Below, piece after piece: positions 49,041-56,604 of a stretch of 64,000 nucleotides of DNA. How positions within the stretch are numbered: the first letter of the stretch is position 1; each line of letters starts with the position of its first letter. The DNA comes from an uncultured Candidatus Saccharibacteria bacterium (GTDB lineage: Bacteria; Patescibacteriota; Minisyncoccia; UBA6257; UBA11618). The notes beneath the pieces are model-generated. The model was given only the letters and a program-made list of their open reading frames with translations, was not told where the DNA came from and searched no databases. The translations under genes were made by a program, and so were the position numbers. The DNA is taken from contig CAYIII010000001.1 of assembly GCA_964363475.1 (NCBI GenBank), positions 2,170 to 66,169 of the forward strand, read 5' to 3'.

Positions 49041-50276
49041 TTATAGTGGTTTTAATTCCCCCCAATTACAGCCGATTTTAACATTAACTTTAAGAGGGAC
49101 GCTTAAACGATAAATCGATTCCATTATATTTTTAATATCATCAACGACATCTTTTACTTTATCATCCTCAATTTCAAACAACAACTCGTCATGAATAGAC
49201 AGCAAAAGACGGTATTTATTGGTTTGAATCATCGCCATTTTAATAATATCCGCGGCCAAGCTTTGAATCGGCATATTAATTGCCGCCCTCTCCGCTTCAA
49301 TGGGCAGCCATCTTTTCCTTCCGTTTAAATTTTCCACATATCCCTTTTGACGCAGCTCATTTTTAACTTTTTCCTGCCAATCGCGAACTTGGGCAAAATC
49401 GTTAAAATATTCCGCAATAAATTTTTCCGCTTCTTGACGAGACAAACCGCTAGCTCGAGCAAAAGCCGAAGGACCCATACCGTATACAACGCCAAAATTT
49501 AAGGTTTTAGCTAATTGTCTCATATCTAAAGTTACTTTTTCTAACGGCGTGTTAAAAACTTGACTGGCTGTTAATTTGTGAATATCTAAATCATTTTGAA
49601 AGGCCTCAATCATTTTTTTGTCGTTAGCCGCCGTCGCCAAAACTCTTAATTCTATTTGAGAATAATCAAAAGAGACAAAAACACAGCCAGCTCTGGCGAC
49701 AAAAGCCGGCCTAATAACATCGGGAACATTTTGTAAATTGGGATTTTTAGAGCTTAATCTTCCGGTAGCGGTTCCTGTTTGCAAAAAAGTGGTGCGCGCC
49801 ATCTCTCCCAAGCCCAATAAGGGCTCTACGTAAGTGGATTGGGCTTTAAAAATTTCGCGATAATTTAAGATTAAAGAAATGACGGGGTGCTTATCTTTAA
49901 TCAATTCCAATTGTCCAGCGGCCGTGGACTTCAGCCGAGGAACGATTTTTAACTTATCAAATAAAACGGCCGCCATCTGTTTAGGCGAATTAACATTAAA
50001 CTCTCCCGTATGTTGATATATTTTCTTTATCAAGTCCTCAATTTGTTGAGATTGTCTTTTCCTTAAATTTTTTAAAAAATTAGAGTCCAAACCGACGCCT
50101 CTCTCGTGCATATCTTTCAAAACGGGCATTAGCGGCAATTCTATTTCTTTTAAAATTTTATCCAATCCAAACTGAGCTAATCTTTCCTCGGCCTCTTTAA
50201 GACGAAGACCCGCGTAAACTTGCGGCTCATCGGGATTTAAAAGCCAATTAATTATGTCTCTTTCGGTTTCCGTCAT
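49041..50276 (-). CDS. polA: DNA polymerase I, polymerase domain (split gene)
   Basis: TGRLSSKNPNLQN, DYSQIELR, AKTLNFG, IHDEL. Confidence 0.9.
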   Translation of the reverse strand: MTETERDIINWLLNPDEPQVYAGLRLKEAEERLAQFGLDKILKEIELPLMPVLKDMHERGVGLDSNFLKNLRKRQSQQIEDLIKKIYQHTGEFNVNSPKQMAAVLFDKLKIVPRLKSTAAGQLELIKDKHPVISLILNYREIFKAQSTYVEPLLGLGEMARTTFLQTGTATGRLSSKNPNLQNVPDVIRPAFVARAGCVFVSFDYSQIELRVLATAANDKKMIEAFQNDLDIHKLTASQVFNTPLEKVTLDMRQLAKTLNFGVVYGMGPSAFARASGLSRQEAEKFIAEYFNDFAQVRDWQEKVKNELRQKGYVENLNGRKRWLPIEAERAAINMPIQSLAADIIKMAMIQTNKYRLLLSIHDELLFEIEDDKVKDVVDDIKNIMESIYRLSVPLKVNVKIGCNWGELKPL

Positions 50277-51136
50277 AATTTGTCTATTAAACTATTAAAT
50301 CCAAGTTTTTGAAAGTGCGATATTAAAGAATTTTTATCATATGGACGCAATTTGAAATCATTTAATGATTTTATTTCTAACGGCACGTCTTTTTTAATCG
50401 TGGCTAATTCCTTGGAAAGAAGGGCAATTTCTTTTTGGGCTTCCAGTTTAACGCCGATTTTGTCGGAAATTTCCCATAAATTATTAAAAATATTCTCTAA
50501 ACTGCCGTATTTTTGTAATAATGGTATGGCCGTCTTATAACCAACGCCTTTTACTCCGGGAATATTATCCGAAGTGTCGCCCACCAGCCCCTTTAAGTCC
50601 GGTAATTGTTTGGGGGTTAAGCCATAACGATTTTTCACGGCAACTTCATTGTATATTTCCACATCGCTTGTCCCCTTTTTAATAATCTCCACGACAATCT
50701 TGTCATTATCCACTAACTGCAAGTTATCCAAGTCCCCGGAAAGAATGGATGTGATTAAGTCCGGTTCGTTTTTAAATTTTTCGGCTAAACTTCCGATTAA
50801 ATCATCGGCCTCATAACCGGCTTTCTCTATTACTTTAACGCCAAATTGTTCAAATAATTCCCTGGCTTTATTGAATTGCGATATTAATTCGGGAGCCGGC
50901 TTAGGGCGTTGTATTTTGTATTCTTTAAAGACCTCTGCCCTAAAAGTTTTTTCCGGCCTGTCAAAAGTCGCGATAACATAATCCCGTTTCTTTTCCTTAA
51001 AGATATTAAGGATAAGGCGCGCTAATCCGTAAATGGAGCCGACGGATTCTCCTGCTGGCGTGGTTAGCGGCGGCAAGGCGTAGAAAAAACGATAGATTAG
51101 GGCGTGGGAATCAATCAATAATAATGTTTCTTTCAT
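50273..51136 (-). CDS. 5'-3' exonuclease (Pol I N-terminal domain, separate ORF)
   Basis: LLIDSH, EADDLIG, GDLD, GDTSDNIPGVKGVG. Confidence 0.9.
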   Translation of the reverse strand: MKETLLLIDSHALIYRFFYALPPLTTPAGESVGSIYGLARLILNIFKEKKRDYVIATFDRPEKTFRAEVFKEYKIQRPKPAPELISQFNKARELFEQFGVKVIEKAGYEADDLIGSLAEKFKNEPDLITSILSGDLDNLQLVDNDKIVVEIIKKGTSDVEIYNEVAVKNRYGLTPKQLPDLKGLVGDTSDNIPGVKGVGYKTAIPLLQKYGSLENIFNNLWEISDKIGVKLEAQKEIALLSKELATIKKDVPLEIKSLNDFKLRPYDKNSLISHFQKLGFNSLIDKL

Positions 51137-51542
51137 TTTTATCTTTTCCATGCTCAAATTCTATCCACAAAGCGGATTTTGGCAATAATTCCTTGATTTT
51201 GTCCGCCCATTCTATTAAAAGAATATTTTTGGGATTATCTAGTATCTCCTTAAATCCTAGCGCCAGCAATTCTTCTGGATTTTTTATGCGATAGCAATCT
51301 ATGTGATAAGCCGAGGCGTAATTTTGTCCGCCAATCGGCGAATTTAATTTATAATTTTTAATTATCGTAAAGGTGGGACTTGTAATTCTGCCTTTCACCT
51401 TCAATGCCCTTAAAAAAAATTGGGAAAAGGTAGTTTTTCCAGCGCCCAAATCGCCAATTAAAGCAAAAATTCTGCAAGGCAACCGAGATGCTAGGTCCTC
51501 GGCTACTTCTCTAGTGTTAAAAATATCTTTTGAATTGGTCAT
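51111..51542 (-). CDS. tsaE: tRNA threonylcarbamoyladenosine biosynthesis ATPase
   Basis: GDLGAGKTT, SPTF, HIDCYR, IEWA. Confidence 0.95.
   Translation of the reverse strand: MTNSKDIFNTREVAEDLASRLPCRIFALIGDLGAGKTTFSQFFLRALKVKGRITSPTFTIIKNYKLNSPIGGQNYASAYHIDCYRIKNPEELLALGFKEILDNPKNILLIEWADKIKELLPKSALWIEFEHGKDKNERNIIID
51327..51342. repeat. TCCGCC palindrome variant (tsaE)
   Basis: tccgccaatcggcgaa next to tttaatt/tataatt heptamers. Confidence 0.6.
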
Positions 51543-52537
51543 ATAAGCGTCTCTTGCGGCGGCTTAAATCCTAAATGCTGATAAGCTAATGGCGTTGCTA
51601 TCCTGCCGGAGGTGGTGCGCCGCAAAAAACTGATTGTAAGCAGATAGGGCTCTATGACATCTTCTATATTTTCCGGGTCATCGCTAAGAGCGGCGGCGAT
51701 AGAATTAATGCCCACAGGCCCACCGTCAAATTTCTTAATAATGACTTCTAAAAAACGCCTGTCCAAAAACTCCAAGCCCAATTCGTCTATTTCCAACAAA
51801 TCTAAAGTTTTTTTAACCGCGTCGCCGCTTACTTCTTTTATATCGTGGACTTCAACATAGTCCCTCACTCTTTTTAAAAGACGATTAGCCACTCTAGGCG
51901 TAAAACGAGAGGATTTAGCTACCATTGAAACAGCTTCATTGCTCATTTTCATGCCCAAAATTTTTGCGGACCTTTTTATAATTTCTTCAATATCCTCCAA
52001 ATCATAAAAATCCAGCTTAAAGGAAGCCCCAAAGCGAGAACGCAGCGGTCCGGATAATAAATGAATGCGGGTGGTGGCGGCAATCATAGTAAAAGGCGGG
52101 AGGTCTAAAGAAACAGTCCGCGCGCCCGGCCCCTTTCCGATAATCAAATGCAGTTTACGGCTTTCCATAGCCGGATAAAGAACTTCTTCAATGGACTTAT
52201 TTAAACGATGCGCCTCGTCAATAAACAACACATCGTTTTTTTCTAAATTGCTTAAAATAGCCGCTAAATCCCCCATTTTTTCCACAGCCGGACCGGAAGT
52301 AACTCTAATATTACAACCTAATTCTTTAGCCACGAGCATTGCCAAAGTGGTTTTGCCCAGTCCCGCTTGCCCATAAAACAAAAGATGGTCGCAGGATTCT
52401 TGTCTTTTTTTAGCGGCTTCAAGTATAATCTTTAGATTTTTCTTAATTTTCCTCTGGCCCACATAATCATCCCAATTTATGGGCCGCAAAGCCGAATCAA
52501 TTGTTAAATAATCGTTTTCCACAGATTTTATTGACAT
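51539..52537 (-). CDS. ruvB: Holliday junction helicase RuvB
   Basis: LRP, GLGKTT, FIDEAHR, LYPAME, PLRSRFG. Confidence 0.97.
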   Translation of the reverse strand: MSIKSVENDYLTIDSALRPINWDDYVGQRKIKKNLKIILEAAKKRQESCDHLLFYGQAGLGKTTLAMLVAKELGCNIRVTSGPAVEKMGDLAAILSNLEKNDVLFIDEAHRLNKSIEEVLYPAMESRKLHLIIGKGPGARTVSLDLPPFTMIAATTRIHLLSGPLRSRFGASFKLDFYDLEDIEEIIKRSAKILGMKMSNEAVSMVAKSSRFTPRVANRLLKRVRDYVEVHDIKEVSGDAVKKTLDLLEIDELGLEFLDRRFLEVIIKKFDGGPVGINSIAAALSDDPENIEDVIEPYLLTISFLRRTTSGRIATPLAYQHLGFKPPQETLI

Positions 52538-52559
52538 TAGCCAGTGACTATGATATAAT
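52531..52559 (+). promoter_or_regulatory. Perfect sigma70 promoter
   Basis: TTGACA (52531-52536), 17 bp, TG-a-TATAAT (52554-52559). Confidence 0.75.
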
Positions 52560-52565
52560 TACGGC

Positions 52566-52753
52566 GGTTTAACTTTTAAGCCGTAAGAAGGCGTTAATCT
52601 GTGGGCGGGAATTTTTTTTAGCATTTCGGATGGCTTGGCTCCGGCTGTGCCACTCCTCGAAGAAATTCTAACCTCTTTCACTTAAGAAAGAGACTTTTAT
52701 TGTTCTCGGCTCTCATATCGAGACACTTTAGCCCACAGATTAATGCCTTTTTA
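52566..52753 (+). ncRNA. Candidate structured ncRNA (about 190 nt, family unknown)
   Basis: 19-bp closing stem 52588-52606/52731-52749, three internal arms, cUCCGg loop, G.U pairs favouring the + strand, 3' U run. Confidence 0.55.
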
Positions 52754-54089
52754 TTATGCCCGCAACTCTTTCCACTTCTTCTAAAGTAGTTATACCACGA
52801 AGCGCTTTTAAAATTCCATCCTGTTGCATCGTCACCATACCGTTTGCGATAGCAAAGCTCTGTATTTCGGTTTCACTGGCTTGTTTTTCTATTAAATTTT
52901 CTATTTTTTCATCAACTTTTAATAATTCAAAAATCCCCACCCTTCCTTTATAACCTAAATGATTGCACTTATCACAGCCGCCCGGTTCAAACATCTGAAA
53001 AGGGCCGTTTTCTTTCGCTCTTTCCGGCAATGCCGCTAAAAAACTGTCAATCCACTCCTTTGTTTCGGAAGAAATTTCTTTGGCCTTCTTGCAATCGGGA
53101 CACAAACGGCGCGCCAATCTTTGCGCCATTATTAAACTAAGCGAAGGGCCGATACTGGATGCCTTAACATTCAAGTCCAATAATCTTGGAATGGCTCCTG
53201 CGGCTTCATTTGCGTGGATAGTGGAAAAAACAAGGTGTCCCGTCAAAGCCGCTTGAATAGCTATCTCCGCTGTTTCTTGGTCGCGAATTTCACCTATCAG
53301 AATCACATCCGGGTCTTGCCTTAATATAGATCGCAGTCCGTTGGCAAAATTATAATTGCCATTAGAAGTTACTTGGGTTTGTTCTATGCCCCCTAAATGA
53401 TATTCAATAGGGTCTTCTATGGTGATTATTTTAATTTCGGAAGTTTGTTTCTTTTTAAGAAAAGCGTAAAGAGTGGTTGTTTTGCCGGAACCGGTAGGGC
53501 CGGTATTTAAAATCATCCCGTTTGGAGCGGCCAATTCCTCCTGCACGATTGCCGAATCATCGGAACGCAGTCCTAATTCTTCCAGAGAAACAATGAGCGC
53601 GTCCGGGTCCAGTAAGCGCAAGACGGCAGTTTCTCCGTATTCCGATGGAACAATAGAAACACGGATGTCAATGTTTCTCGCGGCTAATTTTATGGTAAAA
53701 CGGCCGTCTTGGGGCTTATCAGTTATATTTAATTTAAGATTAGAAAGGAACTTTACCCTATTAATAATCAATTTATAAAAATCTAAAGAAAAACTAGCTG
53801 TGTCGTATAAAAGGCCGTCAACCCTGTATCTGATTTTCACGTCGCTTGCTCCGGGCTCAAGATGAACATCGGAGACGCGGTTGGCCAGAGCGCCCCCCAA
53901 TATTATTTCCAGCAAATAAGCCGTTGATTGATTTTTAAAATCAAAGCCGTCAACCCACTTTTTCACTTCTCGCAAACTGGTTAATTGTTTATAGAGTTCC
54001 TCTATCTCTCCGTTAGCCGCGCGCTTTGATTCTCTTTCTTCGGCCTCTTTTTTTAATCTCAAAAATTGCGCTTCAATTGGCGAAGTCAT
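52740..54089 (-). CDS. GspE/PilB family secretion or pilus ATPase
   Basis: SDVHLEP, GPTGSGKTTTLY, EDPIEY, LRQDPD, TGHLVFST. Confidence 0.93.
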   Translation of the reverse strand: MTSPIEAQFLRLKKEAEERESKRAANGEIEELYKQLTSLREVKKWVDGFDFKNQSTAYLLEIILGGALANRVSDVHLEPGASDVKIRYRVDGLLYDTASFSLDFYKLIINRVKFLSNLKLNITDKPQDGRFTIKLAARNIDIRVSIVPSEYGETAVLRLLDPDALIVSLEELGLRSDDSAIVQEELAAPNGMILNTGPTGSGKTTTLYAFLKKKQTSEIKIITIEDPIEYHLGGIEQTQVTSNGNYNFANGLRSILRQDPDVILIGEIRDQETAEIAIQAALTGHLVFSTIHANEAAGAIPRLLDLNVKASSIGPSLSLIMAQRLARRLCPDCKKAKEISSETKEWIDSFLAALPERAKENGPFQMFEPGGCDKCNHLGYKGRVGIFELLKVDEKIENLIEKQASETEIQSFAIANGMVTMQQDGILKALRGITTLEEVERVAGIIKRH

Positions 54090-54132
54090 TATTTATAAGA
54101 TATTCTAAATTTAGATACTAAACAATATATAA

Positions 54133-54597
54133 ATGAAAATATTAGGCATTGACCCGGGCAGTTCCCGAATTGGCTACGGATTAATTGAGAAAACCGGACA
54201 AAAATTAAAATTAATAAGGGCTGACACGCTGGAGATAAAAGAAAAGGACCCTAATCAAAAATTGCTTTATTTGGCCGCTGATTTTAAAAAACTTCTTGAG
54301 GAGTGCAAGCCGGATTTGCTTGGCATAGAAAAAATATTTTTTTATAAAAATGTAAAGACCGCCATTGAAGTGGCTCAAGCCCGCGGAGTTTTAGTGCTTT
54401 TAACATTACAAAGGGGGATTCCACTGGTGGAATTTACGCCCCAAAAGGTAAAAAAAGCGACCACTAATTATGGCTCCGCCGATAAACAGGCGGTAGCTAA
54501 AATGGTTTCTCTATTACTAAACGAACCGCAAACCAAAAGATTAGACGACACCACGGACGCAATAGCAATCGCTATCACAGCGGCAAATAATTATTGA
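54133..54597 (+). CDS. ruvC: Crossover junction endodeoxyribonuclease RuvC
   Basis: ILGIDPG, QARGV, ADKQAV, DDTTDAIA. Confidence 0.95.
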   Translation: MKILGIDPGSSRIGYGLIEKTGQKLKLIRADTLEIKEKDPNQKLLYLAADFKKLLEECKPDLLGIEKIFFYKNVKTAIEVAQARGVLVLLTLQRGIPLVEFTPQKVKKATTNYGSADKQAVAKMVSLLLNEPQTKRLDDTTDAIAIAITAANNY

Positions 54598-54612
54598 TTG
54601 TCATTCTGTGTC

Positions 54613-56295
54613 TTATAATCCGGCCTCTTCGCGAAGGTCTATTATTTCTCTTTGAGTCATATCCATTAATGAACGTTTTATCTCTCCACACACCTTATCA
54701 ACAAATTCATATTCTTTTGAAGTCAGCTCTCTTTCTCTCTCCAGATAAGCGCGCAGAGCATCTCTTTCTTCATCAACGAAGGTTCTGCTCATGCCCTTGT
54801 AAATCAATCTATCTCGGTAGACATCAGTATCTAAATTGCAAAACAAACCATTTTCGTCTAAATAAGAGTTGATTTCAGTAGCCAAATTATAAGACGGACC
54901 GAATAAAGTGTCGTAAGCAAAACTTCTCGGCGTTTCTCTCCTAATATTTTCTCCATAAAATGTATTAATTAAATCATAACAAGACAAACTATTTATAAAA
55001 GCGGCGTCGGTTGTTGAGCCGCCTCTTTTAGCCAGTGACCTATAATAAAGCTCCATAAACCCACCAACATCACCACCAACACCAAGACCGAGACCGCCCG
55101 CTATTTTGGCAAGTTTGCTGGCAGTGCCAGTAAGGACTTCCTTTCCAGCCAATGCCTTTAGACGCGCCCACGCCGACATAACTTCTGTTGTGGGATTTGG
55201 TGAAGAAATAGGCGGTTTCGGCACAGCAATCGGTCGACTTTTTACTATCTTTTCTTCCGCCTCATCAAGTGTGATATCACCGGATTCTTTCATCATTTTT
55301 ATTATTTTGGAAGCCTCATCGTCGGGCAGAGGCTTATCAGCCGGAAAACTCTTCATTTTACTTAAAATTCTTTTTAGTTCTTCTCGTCGCGCCGCCTCTT
55401 CGGGAGTTAAAGGAGCCCCGCCGCCAGGAAGAGCCGCGCCACCTCTAGTCATAGTTGTTCCCGGGATTGGATCGGGCTCTGTGATTAAGGTCATTCTTTC
55501 CGGCATTTTTATCCTAGCCTCAACAACAGGTCCGCCCCCTTCCTTAATAATCCTTTTAAGATACGCAGTCTCTTCTTCGCGTAGTCTCTTTTCTATTTCT
55601 AATATTTTCGATTGATTATCTTTAAATAATCCTATAAGTCTTTGATCTTCTGAGGAATCAGTTAAGGACTCTTCTAATATTCTTTTTGTGTTTATTGCGT
55701 ATTCTAAAGCTTTTTTAGATGCCGTAACTTGTTGCTCAAGTATGTCCATATCTATCTTCGTCATCCTTCCTAATCCTCTAAGACCCCTCTCGCTCATCGC
55801 CTTATCAGGACTGAGCGTCATTTCTATATAACGCCGATAAAATTTTCCATAGTGCTCGTCCCTAACAACTCCACCGGGAATAACTCCACCACCAAAAAAA
55901 GCTGGTTTTGTTTTGACCGTAAATACTATAAAATCGTCTCTTCCGTAGGTAAGAAGGGTTCCTCCCGTATTAATATCAAATATGTCCCCTAATTCCCCAA
56001 ATCTAAAGCCCACAACTCTGCCACTCCCATCAAAGACCATATCATATCTATTACGAACAATTCTTCCGCTCGCTAGCTCAAACTCTCTAATTTTTGCCAG
56101 GGCACCAGAAACATTCCACGTTGTATCTGCGGATAACTCGGGTGACCCCGGAAATTCTAGAAACCTTTTGGGGTCGAAGTCAGGGAAATCAGGGTTGTCG
56201 GGAAAAGGATTAAGCTCATCAGCCCTAACAACATTCAATTGAGAAAAAAATATTAGAAGAAGAATAGTCAGCGTTATTCTTGTATAAAAACTCAC
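54613..56295 (-). CDS. Orphan secreted protein, C-terminal domain shared with 43829-46348
   Basis: Signal peptide (VRA|D), Gly-rich hydrophobic segment then EL..R.LA..G....D........C..L...FY. Confidence 0.7.
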   Translation of the reverse strand: MSFYTRITLTILLLIFFSQLNVVRADELNPFPDNPDFPDFDPKRFLEFPGSPELSADTTWNVSGALAKIREFELASGRIVRNRYDMVFDGSGRVVGFRFGELGDIFDINTGGTLLTYGRDDFIVFTVKTKPAFFGGGVIPGGVVRDEHYGKFYRRYIEMTLSPDKAMSERGLRGLGRMTKIDMDILEQQVTASKKALEYAINTKRILEESLTDSSEDQRLIGLFKDNQSKILEIEKRLREEETAYLKRIIKEGGGPVVEARIKMPERMTLITEPDPIPGTTMTRGGAALPGGGAPLTPEEAARREELKRILSKMKSFPADKPLPDDEASKIIKMMKESGDITLDEAEEKIVKSRPIAVPKPPISSPNPTTEVMSAWARLKALAGKEVLTGTASKLAKIAGGLGLGVGGDVGGFMELYYRSLAKRGGSTTDAAFINSLSCYDLINTFYGENIRRETPRSFAYDTLFGPSYNLATEINSYLDENGLFCNLDTDVYRDRLIYKGMSRTFVDEERDALRAYLERERELTSKEYEFVDKVCGEIKRSLMDMTQREIIDLREEAGL

Positions 56296-56436
56296 AATGT
56301 AATTGTATCACGCCCAATAATTGCTTTGACTTGACAAGCATTTTCTCTTATATATACTTCTTATGATTAACTATGAAATTTAAATTTATAAAGGTCGTAA
56401 TTTTGTAATTTATTTGTAATTTATCAAACATAAACC

Positions 56437-56565
56437 ATGAGTCCTTATAATGAAGATGGATTACTGGAAGAATTAAGCGAGGATTCTGACCTTGACGAAG
56501 AAGAAGACAAAGAAGAAGAGCCGGGTTCAAAAGATGACGAGGAAAAGAATGACGAAAATTACTGA
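56437..56565 (+). CDS. Small highly acidic protein (42 aa)
   Basis: MSPYNEDGLLEELSEDSDLDEEEDKEEEPGSKDDEEKNDENY*; upstream TTGACA/TATACT (56331-56358) and downstream hairpin. Confidence 0.55.
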   Translation: MSPYNEDGLLEELSEDSDLDEEEDKEEEPGSKDDEEKNDENY

Positions 56566-56567
56566 AC

Positions 56568-56598
56568 TAAAATCTCCCAACGAAATTGGGAGATTTTA
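56568..56598 (+). terminator. Intrinsic terminator-like hairpin
   Basis: taaaatctcccaa-cgaaa-ttgggagatttta. Confidence 0.7.
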
Positions 56599-56604
56599 AA
56601 ATAT

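Noticed and set aside
50273-50276. UGA recoding (code 25) to explain split polA
   Set aside because: The two ORFs are in different frames and TGA acts as a normal stop in several ATGA overlaps (mutM, ruvB, ruvA)
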